Positions 53,225-63,356 of a stretch of 64,000 nt of DNA are shown here, one piece after another. The DNA is from an uncultured Gemmatimonadales bacterium (GTDB lineage: Bacteria; Gemmatimonadota; Gemmatimonadetes; Gemmatimonadales; GWC2-71-9). The notes beneath the pieces are model-generated. The model did no database searches. It saw nothing but the letters and a program-made list of their open reading frames with translations, and was not told the origin of the DNA. Numbering within the stretch: the first letter of the stretch is position 1; each line of letters begins with the position of its first letter. The stretch is from contig CAVOPE010000007.1 of NCBI GenBank assembly GCA_963697755.1, positions 38,973 through 102,972 of the forward strand, read 5' to 3'. A program made the position numbers and the translations under genes.

Positions 53225-54064
53225 CTAGTTCGGGATCGCGATGCTCTGGATCGACGCGACGACGTCGATCTCTCCCAGCAGGGTCGCGGCCCCGGTACTC
53301 AGGTTCATGGTGTACAAGTTGTTGATGCCGCTCGTGGTCATCGAGGCGTACATCACCCCATCGCCTCCGACGTCGAGCGCGGCACAGGGCGCGGTGACCA
53401 CACCGGTGGGCCCGATGGTGGCGACCTGCCCGGTACTCGGGTCGCTCATGACCACGAAGACGTCGAGCAGCCAGTCGATGCCATAGGCCGTCGGGCTGGT
53501 CCCCCCGATCACCGCCGTGGCGGCGAGGGCCGGCGCCTCGGCCGCGTTGGGATCGCCTGAGGCGTACGCCAGCACGGCATCCTCGGCGACGGCCTGCCCG
53601 CTGGCGGGATCCAGACGAAGGTTCTGGCCCGACTCGGCGCTCTGGAGCCGGATCCGATCGGTCACCGGGTCGAGCACCATGCCGAAGTGCTCGCCTTCCA
53701 CCGCGGGCGTGAACGCACCGCCGACCGCGGTGGCTGCCGCCGTGATGGTGTCCACCACGTACACCCGGCTGTCGGTCCCCACTCCATACAGCTTCCCATC
53801 CGACGGCCGAAAGTCGATGCCGACGATTCGGTCGCCATCCGGAAGGCCGGTGATAGGGAGCTTGCGATCCACCGTCCCCGGCGTGCCGCTGTGAAAGAGC
53901 TCGAAGTTGTCGGAGAGATCGACGGCGTAGATGGTCTTGCCGGTCGACGGGGGATTGGGGCCACTATTGTCGTCGCCGCCGCAGCTCGCGAGGAGCGTCA
54001 AGGCGACGATGAGCTCGGGCGCCGCGTGAGGCGAGCGGTGGGTCTTCGGCAGAGCCATCGGCAC
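53225..54064 (-). CDS. DUF4394-like lipoprotein
   Basis: Lipobox LASC; IVGIDFRPSDGKLYGV, DPVTDRIR and GQNLRLDP. Confidence 0.8.
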   Translation of the reverse strand: MPMALPKTHRSPHAAPELIVALTLLASCGGDDNSGPNPPSTGKTIYAVDLSDNFELFHSGTPGTVDRKLPITGLPDGDRIVGIDFRPSDGKLYGVGTDSRVYVVDTITAAATAVGGAFTPAVEGEHFGMVLDPVTDRIRLQSAESGQNLRLDPASGQAVAEDAVLAYASGDPNAAEAPALAATAVIGGTSPTAYGIDWLLDVFVVMSDPSTGQVATIGPTGVVTAPCAALDVGGDGVMYASMTTSGINNLYTMNLSTGAATLLGEIDVVASIQSIAIPN

Positions 54065-54313
54065 ACCTCGTGATGATCCTAGGAGTTGTCGATCCTCAGC
54101 TGTTGACGGTTACGGAGCGTGCGGGGACGTCCCAGGTCCGGCCAGACCGATGCGGCACGTGCTCGCGCGCGAGCACGTGCCGGTCCTGCACCGCAGCGGC
54201 GGGAGATGGGTCGGTCATGTCCGGACTCGAGACCCATCGAATATCGCACCGGGTGTCCGGACTCGGCACCTCCCGTCCGAAACCGGCGTCCGAGCCCGGG
54301 CGTACGGCCTGAC

Positions 54314-54937
54314 ATGCCCCGCCTCACGTTCCTTTTCGGCTCCGGCGCGACGGTGCTGGTCGCGCTCGCCGCGGCGACGCGTGGACGTCCCTCCCCCGAG
54401 CGGCTCGTGGACTCGCGCGACGGGTATGCCTACGCCGTGGTCAGCATCGGTGGCGTGCGCTGGTTCGCCGAAAACCTCCGGTTCAAGACCCCGGACAGCC
54501 GCTGCTACGAAGCGGACGAGGCGAACTGCGCGGACCATGGCCGACTGTATCGACTGGACGACGCCCTGCAGGCGTGTCCGGCGGGATGGCGGGTACCCTC
54601 GGAGGAGGATTGGCGGCACCTGGAGCGCGCGCTGGGCATGACACACACGGAGATCGGCAAGGAGCGAGGCCGGGGGGATCCGGTCGGGCGGCGCCTCAAG
54701 TTCGGCGGAGACACGGGCTTCAACGTGCGGTACTCCGGCTGGATAGATCCCTACCGCGCCGACAGCTCGATCGCGATGGGCCGGAACGCGGCCTGGTGGA
54801 CCTCGACGTCGGGCCCGCCGGACGACTCGTCTGCCACCGTGTGGCACCGCGACGTCGCCACCAGCCGCAACTCGATCTGGCGGTCGCCGGTGAACGTCAC
54901 CTACTGGTTGTCCGTGCGATGCGTGGCCGAGCGGTAA
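54314..54937 (+). CDS. FISUMP (Fibrobacter succinogenes major paralogous) domain protein
   Basis: DSRDG..Y..V.IG..WFAENL, GRLY, CPAGWRVPS..W and SVRCV. Confidence 0.85.
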   Translation: MPRLTFLFGSGATVLVALAAATRGRPSPERLVDSRDGYAYAVVSIGGVRWFAENLRFKTPDSRCYEADEANCADHGRLYRLDDALQACPAGWRVPSEEDWRHLERALGMTHTEIGKERGRGDPVGRRLKFGGDTGFNVRYSGWIDPYRADSSIAMGRNAAWWTSTSGPPDDSSATVWHRDVATSRNSIWRSPVNVTYWLSVRCVAER

Positions 54938-54944
54938 TTCGCCG

Positions 54945-55841
54945 CTACGGTATCGCGCTCACCGTCCCGAGCCCCGCGTACATGTAGCGCTCGCCGAACA
55001 GCCGCCTCAGCGCGGCGAAGGCCGGCTCGCCGGTACAGTGTCCCGGAGCGATCCCGTCCAACCCCCACGTATCGTGCAGCGCGGTCGCGACGCGCGCCAC
55101 CGCGGTATCCGGGCTGGTCACCAGGTGCAGCCCACCGAAGATCAGGTGCACGTGGTCGCCCCAGGCCCTAGTGGCGTTCAAGATCGTCTCGATGCCGGGA
55201 TGGGAGCATCCCACCAGCACGACCAACCCCTTGGACGTCCGAATGACGAGCGACAGCTCCCGCAGCTCCAGGGTGCCGGGCGTCTTGGAGATGGTCGAGA
55301 CGAGCGCGATGCCAGGCGCGACTTCCGTGAGCGTGTCTACCCAGCGGAAATTTGCCGCGGGCCAGGGCGTCCCGGATCGGAGCTCGGAGGGCGGAGTCCC
55401 GTCGAAGTACCGCATCGAATCCGCGAGGGTGGAGTCGCGGCGGTAGAACGTGCCGGGGCGACTGCCGCCGAACACGCCGAAGGGCTCTGCCGGCGCGTAG
55501 ATCGGGACGTGCGGGTTCACCCGCAGCAGGTAGTTCAGTCCCGACGTGTGGTCGCCGTGGCGGTGGGAGATCACGACGAAGTCCAGCCGCCGCAAGTCCA
55601 CGCCGAGCGTCCGCACGTTGCGCGCGAACACCTCGGCGTTGTTGCCGGTGTCGAACAGAATCCGCTTCCCCTCGTACTCCACCAGCGCGGCGAAGCCCCA
55701 GTCTCGGGTCAGATCCCGACGGGTGCCGAACGCATCGTACAGGATCGTCACGCGGTTGGTGGTCGCCCCGGGCACCGGATGCGTCGCCGGAAGCGGCGGC
55801 GACGCCGTGAGCAGAGCACACAGCAGTCCGTGAAGCCACAT
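54945..55841 (-). CDS. Secreted MBL-fold metallo-hydrolase
   Basis: ILFDTG, SHRHGDHTSG, GCSHPG, GGLHL and PGHCTG. Confidence 0.88.
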   Translation of the reverse strand: MWLHGLLCALLTASPPLPATHPVPGATTNRVTILYDAFGTRRDLTRDWGFAALVEYEGKRILFDTGNNAEVFARNVRTLGVDLRRLDFVVISHRHGDHTSGLNYLLRVNPHVPIYAPAEPFGVFGGSRPGTFYRRDSTLADSMRYFDGTPPSELRSGTPWPAANFRWVDTLTEVAPGIALVSTISKTPGTLELRELSLVIRTSKGLVVLVGCSHPGIETILNATRAWGDHVHLIFGGLHLVTSPDTAVARVATALHDTWGLDGIAPGHCTGEPAFAALRRLFGERYMYAGLGTVSAIP

Positions 55842-55887
55842 CGATCCACCCTCCGAAATCGAGGTCGCCGCCGCCGGGGCGGGGCCT

Positions 55888-56385
55888 TCAGCCCACCCGC
55901 GTGCCCGGTTGGGCGGCAAATCCCTTCACCGCGGCCCTTCCGAGCCAGGCGAACAGCGCCAGCACGAGCAATTGGGTCAGCAGGAACGGCGGCTCCTTCT
56001 GGGTCGGGGCGGCGACGATCAGCGCCGGCATCCGCCGGAACAGCTGCGCGACCAGCACGAAGACGTTCAGGTAGAGCGCGACCACCGCGCCGACCACGTA
56101 GACCGTGCGCCAGCCGCCGGCGAGATGCTTCCAGTACCGGGCGGCGATCACGACCGGCAGGATGAGGAGCGAGAGGATCCCCACGCCGTGCGACGGCATG
56201 AAGGTCACGAACGGAAAGCCGAAGCCCGTGACATTGGTCAGGACGGTGGTCGCCAGGAAGATGCCGGTCCACCCGTCCAGTCGCTTGCCGGCGACCAGTC
56301 CGCCGGCGACGACGCTCCCCGCCAGGATCCCAACGAGGCTCAGCAGCACGTGGATCAGCGTGAACGTCGTGATGTCGAAGATCAT
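55888..56385 (-). CDS. Hypothetical multi-TM membrane protein
   Basis: FTLIHVLLSLVGI..TNVTGFGFP..YLNVFVLVAQLF..PTQKEPPF; ATGA overlap with the upstream kinase. Confidence 0.75.
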   Translation of the reverse strand: MIFDITTFTLIHVLLSLVGILAGSVVAGGLVAGKRLDGWTGIFLATTVLTNVTGFGFPFVTFMPSHGVGILSLLILPVVIAARYWKHLAGGWRTVYVVGAVVALYLNVFVLVAQLFRRMPALIVAAPTQKEPPFLLTQLLVLALFAWLGRAAVKGFAAQPGTRVG

Positions 56386-57992
56386 GAAGGCGTCCTGGTT
56401 GAGGTGAGGGTAGTCATTGGCCTCAGCGGCTGGTGGGTCGTCCACCACTCCCGCGCGCGATCCTGCGTCCACGCCCCGGCGCCCTCTACCTCGGCGAGCC
56501 GGCTGGACAACTCGCGCGCCGATTGCGGCCGGTCCGCCGGGTCCTTGGCCAGACACGCGAGCACCAGGCGATCGAGCGCCGGCGGAATCGGCCCGCCGGT
56601 GCGGGCCGAGGGTGGCGTCGGCGGCGTCTGGGCGTGCTTGAGAAGCAGGCCGATGGGCGTGTCGGCGGTGAAGACGTACTGTCCGGTCAGCAGCCAGTAG
56701 GCGACGCAGCCAGTGGCGTAGATGTCGGCGCGTCCATCCAGCGGCGCCCCAACGGCCTGCTCGGGGGCGATGAACGCGGGCGTCCCCTGCACCGCGTTGT
56801 CCTGGGTCTCGCCGGGTCCGGCGCCCGCGTCCTCGCGGGCGCGCTTGACGATGCCGAAATCCAGGACCTTCACGAAATCGTACTCCTCGCCATAGCGGCA
56901 GAGGAAGATGTTGGCGGGCTTGATGTCGCGATGGACCAGCCCGCAGGACTCCGCCTCCGAGAGCGAGTGGCACACCTGGCGCAGCAGGTACACGGCGCGG
57001 TCGGCCGGCTGCGGCCCATAGCGCTGGAGCAGCGAGTGGGCGTCGAGGCCGTCGAGCAGCTCCATGACGTAGTAGAACGCACCGTCGGCCGCGACGCCGA
57101 AGTCGAACAGCTCCACGGTGTGAGGCGAGCGGAGGCGGGCGATGACCTGGGCCTCGCGCTCGAACCGCCGGATCGCATCCTCGGAGACGCCGGGCCGCCC
57201 ATCCTCCCTGAGCGCGGGCCGGATGAGCTTGATCGCGGCGGGCCGCGCCAGGAGGCGGTGGCGGGCGCGCCATACCTCTCCCATGCCCCCTTGCCCCAGC
57301 TTCTCCTCCAGCTGGTAGCTCCCGAGCTCGCGCGCACGCTTGACCTCGGTGCCCAGGCCGTAGATCACCCGAGAGCCCACGTACGCCATCCCGGCCACGA
57401 GGAGGTAGGGAAAGACGAGCCAGAAGAAGAACTGCGCCGGTTCGGGACGGAAGTCGGGGGCTCGCGTCGCCATCATCAGGCCGACGATCACCGGCACGGC
57501 ACTGACCGACGCCAGGGCTGCCGCCGCCGCCCGACGAGGAGAGGTCGGTACGACGATGGTGAACAGCACGGTCCACACCCCGACCCATGACAGCCCCAGC
57601 GTACGTCCGCCCATCTGGAGCCCCACGGGGTCGTTGAACTCAGAGGCCGCAATGCCATAGCTTCCCGCGACCTCGAACGCGAGCCCGAGCTTCATCGCGG
57701 TCGCCAGCGAGACCCGGCCGGAGCCGAGCACGGCCGCCACCAGGAGCGCCATGGCGATCGCGATCACGCTCGGCCCCCACTGGAGAAAGCCGCTGACCAG
57801 CAGCACCCGGTCCGCCGGGGACAGCAGCATCGGGAAGATGCTGGCCATGAAGAACGTGAACGCGTACAGCAGCGCGAGGATGCGGAGCCGCTCGGCGGAC
57901 TGGCCGAGCAGGTCGGCCGGGAGCGGTGATGAGGCCCCGCGCGAGTCGGCCGACCGCGCGTCGGGGCGCATCAGGGTGACGGGCTCCTGCAT
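56382..57992 (-). CDS. Ser/Thr kinase with N-terminal multi-TM domain
   Basis: About six TM segments, then LGQGGMGEV, AIKLI, HRDIKPAN, DFG and GTPAFIAPE. Confidence 0.92.
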   Translation of the reverse strand: MQEPVTLMRPDARSADSRGASSPLPADLLGQSAERLRILALLYAFTFFMASIFPMLLSPADRVLLVSGFLQWGPSVIAIAMALLVAAVLGSGRVSLATAMKLGLAFEVAGSYGIAASEFNDPVGLQMGGRTLGLSWVGVWTVLFTIVVPTSPRRAAAAALASVSAVPVIVGLMMATRAPDFRPEPAQFFFWLVFPYLLVAGMAYVGSRVIYGLGTEVKRARELGSYQLEEKLGQGGMGEVWRARHRLLARPAAIKLIRPALREDGRPGVSEDAIRRFEREAQVIARLRSPHTVELFDFGVAADGAFYYVMELLDGLDAHSLLQRYGPQPADRAVYLLRQVCHSLSEAESCGLVHRDIKPANIFLCRYGEEYDFVKVLDFGIVKRAREDAGAGPGETQDNAVQGTPAFIAPEQAVGAPLDGRADIYATGCVAYWLLTGQYVFTADTPIGLLLKHAQTPPTPPSARTGGPIPPALDRLVLACLAKDPADRPQSARELSSRLAEVEGAGAWTQDRAREWWTTHQPLRPMTTLTSTRTPS

Positions 57993-58112
57993 ACTATGAC
58001 TCCGAGGGGATTGCCGGTAATGTAGCGGCAAACCGAACCACGGGACGTCAGTCCGAGCCTTGTCGCCGCCCGGACCGGCATCACCGCCGGCAGGCTCGGG
58101 CTCTACCTGGCT

Positions 58113-58400
58113 GCCGTGTACTTCGCGCGGCAGGATCGGATGGACTTGGTGATGACCATCGCCGTGGGGTCGAGCATTCAAGTCGCCCTGCTCACCGCGC
58201 CGGTTCTCGTGCTCATATCCTGGGCGATGGGCACGCCGACGAACCTGGTGTTCTCGAATCCGCTCGAGCTGATCGCGGTGGCGGCCGTGGCGTTCGCGGT
58301 CAACGCCATCGCCCAGGACGGGGAGACCAACTGGTTCGAGGGCGTGCTCCTGCTCTCGGTCTACGTGGTGCTCGGCCTCGCCTTTTTCTTCGTACGCTGA
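58113..58400 (+). pseudogene. C-terminal fragment of a Ca2+/H+ antiporter (CaCA/Cax)
   Basis: AVGSSIQVALL.APVLV and DGETNWFEGVLLL.VY. The N-terminal ~70% is absent, and the divergent kinase starts about 120 nt upstream. Confidence 0.8.
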
Positions 58401-58434
58401 CGGGCAGGTCCCCGGCCGGCGATCGGGCGACCGC

Positions 58435-58668
58435 TCAGGCGTGATCGGCGACAGTCGAGACGCCTTCCTCCCGGGCGCAGTGGGCACAGCAGAAGAACGT
58501 GGCGTTCGCCTCGATGCCGTGTCCGATGACCTTGCAGCCGCAGTGCTCGCAGACGGGCGCCAGCAGGGAGATGGCGCATTCGAAGCTGTCGAACGTGTGG
58601 GTTCGGCCCGCGGTGACCACCTGGAAGGCCAGGTAATAGTCGTTTCCGCAGACTTCACAGATGGCCAT
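58435..58668 (-). CDS. Small Cys-rich metal-binding protein
   Basis: CEVC, FDSFEC, CEHCGC and FCCAHC in 77 aa; GGGAGG RBS. Confidence 0.8.
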   Translation of the reverse strand: MAICEVCGNDYYLAFQVVTAGRTHTFDSFECAISLLAPVCEHCGCKVIGHGIEANATFFCCAHCAREEGVSTVADHA

Positions 58669-58821
58669 GGGAGGCCTCCCTTCGGGAGGGGCAGCCGGGA
58701 GCGGCCCCCGCGCAAGAAAGCGCGACTCCGGCCGGGTGGTGCGGCCGAAGTCGGGCAGCATTACTTCGATACCTTCGCCGATCGGCCGCCCACGGCGGCC
58801 AGGGCCGAGCGCCAGGCCGTC

Positions 58822-58968
58822 CTAGACCGTGCGCCGACCGCTGAAGAAGTTGATCAGGAAGACCACCAGTGCCACCACCAACAGGAGGTGGATCAGGCCA
58901 CCGGCCACGTGGAACACCGCCCAACCCAAGATCCACGCGATCACGAGAATAGCAGCAAGCCAGATCAT
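58822..58968 (-). CDS. Lmo0937/DUF5670-like small membrane protein (48 aa, not in the ORF track)
   Basis: MIWLAAILVIAWILGWAVFHVAGGLIHLLLVVALVVFLINFFSGRRTV*; GAGG RBS. Confidence 0.85.
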   Translation of the reverse strand: MIWLAAILVIAWILGWAVFHVAGGLIHLLLVVALVVFLINFFSGRRTV

Positions 58969-59110
58969 AGATGCCTCGGTGTACGGGTGAGCGTGCCGGT
59001 CCAGCCGTCACCCACGATACGGCGATCTTGATCGACAGTCCGTGATGTGACCCACGTCCCCGGTGTGCAGCGGGCGGCTCGTCCTGCCCCGCCCGGCCGC
59101 TCGGCGAGGC

Positions 59111-59950
59111 TTACGGCGGCGTGCCCAGCAGTCGCTGGGCCTCGGCATAGGGCCATGCCTCCTCCGCGAATCCGAAGGTCCCGTGGTCGGCGATCTCGCG
59201 CGCGGCCCTGAGGAAACCGCCCAGCGCCGCGCGGCTCAGCGCCGATCCCACGCTGATGCGCCGGACGCCGAGCGCGGCGAGTTCCGCGACCGAGAAGGCC
59301 GCGCTCTTGAGCCCCATCACGACATTGACCGGCCTGCGCACCGAAGCACAGACCGTCCGAATGTCCTCCGCGCGCGTGAGACCGGGGGCATACAGGGCGT
59401 CGGCGCCGACAGCCTCGAAGGCCTGCAGACGCCGGATCGTGTCGTCCAGATCGGGCCGCCCGTGCAGGAAGTTCTCGGCCCGGCCCACGAGCACGAAGGG
59501 GAACGGCAGGGCGTGGGCCGCCTCCACCGCAGCGGCGATCCGCTCGACGGCATGCTGGAAGTCGTAGAGCGGACGACGAGGATCGCCGGTGGTATCCTCG
59601 ATCGACCCGCCGACCAGGCCGGCGATCTCGGCCGCCAGACGAATCGTCTCGGCGGCCGTCTCCGGGGCGGCGCCGAAGCCGTTCTCGAGGTCGGCGGCCA
59701 CCGGTAGGGGGGTGGCATCCACGATCGCCTTCGCATTGGCCAGCGTCTCGCTGCGCGACACCAGCCCGGCCCCGTCGGCACGCCCCAGGGTGAAGGCCAG
59801 ACCGGCGCTCGTGGTGGTGAGCGCCTCGAAGCCCAGATGCGTCAGGATGCGGGCAGTGCCCGCGTCCCACGGATTCGGGATGACGAACGCGCCGGGGCGA
59901 GCGTGCAAGGCTCGGAAGGCTTCCGCCTTCTGGGCTTGTGACGTGGGCAT
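59111..59950 (-). CDS. Isocitrate lyase/PEP mutase family protein
   Basis: PNPWDAGTAR, ADLENGFG, GGSIED and GRAENFL. Confidence 0.88.
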   Translation of the reverse strand: MPTSQAQKAEAFRALHARPGAFVIPNPWDAGTARILTHLGFEALTTTSAGLAFTLGRADGAGLVSRSETLANAKAIVDATPLPVAADLENGFGAAPETAAETIRLAAEIAGLVGGSIEDTTGDPRRPLYDFQHAVERIAAAVEAAHALPFPFVLVGRAENFLHGRPDLDDTIRRLQAFEAVGADALYAPGLTRAEDIRTVCASVRRPVNVVMGLKSAAFSVAELAALGVRRISVGSALSRAALGGFLRAAREIADHGTFGFAEEAWPYAEAQRLLGTPP

Positions 59951-59960
59951 TCGCGCTGCC

Positions 59961-60779
59961 TCAGCCGCGGCCGGCGGACGCGCGGGTCATGAGCGAGAGT
60001 ACGGCGTCGATGATCGTGTCCGGACGCTTCTCGGGCACGTCGTGGTTGGAGCCCTCAGCCACCACCAGCCGCCGCCCTGGCGCGCCTCGGGCGATTGCGT
60101 CGTGGCTGGCGCGCCAGGCCCGGTCGATCTCGTCCTTCTTCCACCACGCCTCGCCCGCGGTGATGACGACTAGTGGCATCCGCAGGCCGGCATCGCTCGC
60201 GTCCACATCGTGCGCCAGACCGCGGAACGTGCTCACCATGCGAGCCACGGCCGTGTCCGTGGCGGTCGCAGGATGCTCGATGTGGGGCACCGTCGAATAC
60301 ACGAAGTCGCCCGTGGCCCGCACGAAACGCTGGTTCATGGGATCGACCAGCACGAGCCCGCACACGTGGTTCGAATACAGGTGCGCCTGCAGCAGCGTCA
60401 GCAGACCGCCATACGAGTGACCGACGACGATCCGGTCCGAGGGCGTCCGCAGCCGCTCGAGCGCATCGTTGAGCTGCTCGACCTGCTGCCGCGGCGTCAG
60501 GTCCGCCGGCCCAGTTCCGCTCCCGCCGAACCCCGCCCGGTCGTAGGCGACCACCGTTGCCCCCGTACGGCTCGCCAGCGCCTCATCCACACCCGACCAC
60601 GCTCCGAGCGAGGCTCCACCGCCGGATTCCATGACGATGGTGACCGGCTTCGTGCCGCGGTACACCATCAGGTGCATGCGGTAGCCGCCGACGTCGACGA
60701 GGGTGTCCAGCGGAGTGGGGTGCCGAAGTGGTGTGCCGGCGCTGTGCAGAAAGAGGAGGGCTACTGCTGCGATGGTCAT
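59961..60779 (-). CDS. Alpha/beta hydrolase
   Basis: YDRAGFGGS, GHSYGG nucleophile elbow and a C-terminal His (SNHDV). Confidence 0.88.
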   Translation of the reverse strand: MTIAAVALLFLHSAGTPLRHPTPLDTLVDVGGYRMHLMVYRGTKPVTIVMESGGGASLGAWSGVDEALASRTGATVVAYDRAGFGGSGTGPADLTPRQQVEQLNDALERLRTPSDRIVVGHSYGGLLTLLQAHLYSNHVCGLVLVDPMNQRFVRATGDFVYSTVPHIEHPATATDTAVARMVSTFRGLAHDVDASDAGLRMPLVVITAGEAWWKKDEIDRAWRASHDAIARGAPGRRLVVAEGSNHDVPEKRPDTIIDAVLSLMTRASAGRG

Positions 60780-60854
60780 GGTCGAGGCTCCCGCCGAGTG
60801 TGTGTCCGGCCTACGGTGGGGGCCCTCCGGGGGTTTCGCGCGCCGCCGGCTCCT

Positions 60855-61641
60855 TCACTTCATCGCTGCCTCCGGCAGGACCTGGAGCAGCACGGTCGGG
60901 CGCACGGAGAGCTCGCCCGTGAATGGCCGGCTGTAAGCGGCGATCAGCACGACCGCGGCCGCGACACCGGTGGCGAAGATGGTGAGGATGATGCGGTTGG
61001 CCGCGCGATTATCGCTGTGCACCATGGCGACCGCGGTCAGGGTGAGCGCGGCCTGAACCAGGAGGGCCGTCCATTTCACCCAGTTGATGGACGACCGGCT
61101 CAGGATGACCCGCTGCCGGCGAGTATCCAGCGCGGTGCCGAGCGCCGCGACCATCTCGCGCTGAGCGGCCAGCTGTCCCGGGTTCTCCGGCTGGAGTGAC
61201 AGCGCCAGCCGCAGCGCGTCCACCATTCGCGGCGGTGCGATCGTCAGGGTGGCGTTGCCGCCGTGCCATGGCGGGCCATTCCTGGGTGACCGCATCGTGG
61301 ATGTAGCGGCGGAGCAGGTCGCGGAGCCTGGCATCGACGTCGCCGGGGAACGCATCGCCCAGAAGATCGACCGCGCGGAGCGCGCTCGCCTCCCGGTTGA
61401 CCGCGGCGCCCGCCCTGTCGGCGTCGCTCCAGACCTGAGCGGCCAGGAAACCGACAAGCAACGCGAAGATGACGGAGAGCGGCGGAAGCACGCCGGGAGA
61501 GATTCCCTTGAACGCACGCGCGCGCTCCCCGACGGCGAGCGCGGTGATCAGCAGGTACAGCGCCGCGGTAAAGGCGTAGACAGCCCCGAGGATGAGGACG
61601 GCCATCCCCGTCACCGGCAGGCTGAGAAGCCAGTCGCCCAT
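60855..61641 (-). CDS. DUF4239/bestrophin-like membrane protein (frameshift near 61260)
   Basis: FALLVGFLAAQVW..REASAL..EWPAM and a C-terminal YSRPFTGELSV in two frames. Confidence 0.7.
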
Positions 61642-61888
61642 GATGCCTCCAAAGACGCGTCCGATGCGGCCGACATGGATATCCCGGCCGCCTCAAAGAT
61701 CTGCTCTGGTCGCCCTGGCACAAGGCCTCGATCGAGTTGCGCGGTTTGCCGCCGAATCCGCGCCGTCTCAGGGAGCACGCACGAAGAGCGCGTGGAACTG
61801 ATCCGGCGCCCCTGGCCCCTCTCCCCCAAACGCCACCCGCAGCGAATCTCCGGACAACGCCGCCAAGTCCGAACGACTGGTACAGCGA

Positions 61889-61972
61889 TCATGCGATGCG
61901 CCTCGTGGGATCGGCGTAGGCCCACCGGAACGGCTTGGCGGTCTTGTTGTACTGCTTGATGTATCGCATCAG
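61889..61972 (-). mobile_element. IS630-family transposase C-terminal remnant
   Basis: Translates as LMRYIKQYNKTAKPFRWAYADPTRRIA*, the typical IS630 C-terminus (YN..AKPF.W). The rest of the gene is absent. Confidence 0.65.
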
Positions 61973-62054
61973 CGACCGCTGGCGGCCCTATAGAAGGGGA
62001 TGCCACCGGTGAAGGGTCTCGTGATGCGGCCGACTCGGGCTAACAAGCCCAATG

Positions 62055-62604
<550 letters not shown>

Positions 62605-62641
62605 TACGCGAGAGTACCGCCGATGGGGTAGACGAGCAAGG

Positions 62642-63334
62642 TTAGCCCGCGGTCGCCTGGCCGAAGACGTCCGCCTGCGGGTCCCAGAACGCGTCGTGAA
62701 GTCCGACCCGGCCAAAGATCCGGCGCATCTCGTCTGGAGCCGGGCGCCGGGCATCCGGCTCCAGCCGCGTTGCGTACCACGCCACGGCCAGCTCCCAGAG
62801 CTGGCTCATCCGCACGAGCGGCCGCGGCGGCACGCTGCGCGCCTCGCACCACACTTTCACCTGTTCTTCCGACCGGAAGAAGAGCATCGCGCTTCAGGTG
62901 AAGACGAGATCCTCCCACCAACGGGCTGCCGGCACCAGACAGTGAAACAGCCAGGTGCTGGGCTCTGGACCAGCGATGCCGACCTCCAGCCGGAGCGGTT
63001 CGCCCGACTGCCCGCAGCGCGAGCGAACGACCCCGTCCTGGTGGAGCGCGGCTGGGATGCCGAGCGCGTCCCAGGCACAATTGGCGAAGTAGGACCGGCG
63101 GCCGACCTCGACGATATGCTGGGTGGGAACCCCGGAAAACGGAGGCGCCATTCGGATGGCCTCGCCATCGGGCTCGAGCAGCAGGACGCGATCGGCCCGC
63201 AGTCGTGCGTAGGTCTCCCGGACGTCCTCGCGGGAGCAGCCAAGCGGCCCCGCCACGTCGCCGAGCTCCGGCGGCTCGCCCGTTCTTGCGAAGTGGCGAT
63301 ACACCGCCAACTTCACTTGCGTCTCGAAGTCCAT
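62642..63334 (-). CDS. MerB-like organometallic lyase, probable selenoprotein (in-frame UGA at 62896-62894), 230 aa
   Basis: N-terminal HTH-like domain, FANCAWDAL (MerB CxxD), then DLVFT-UGA-SAMLFFRSE in one frame; SECIS-like hairpin follows the UGA. Confidence 0.8.
62861..62893 (-). promoter_or_regulatory. Bacterial SECIS-like element
   Basis: After the UGA: 12 nt, then stem UUCUUCC, loop GGUC, stem GGAAGAA. Confidence 0.7.
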
Positions 63335-63356
63335 TGGCGCCTCATTCGGCGCTGCA

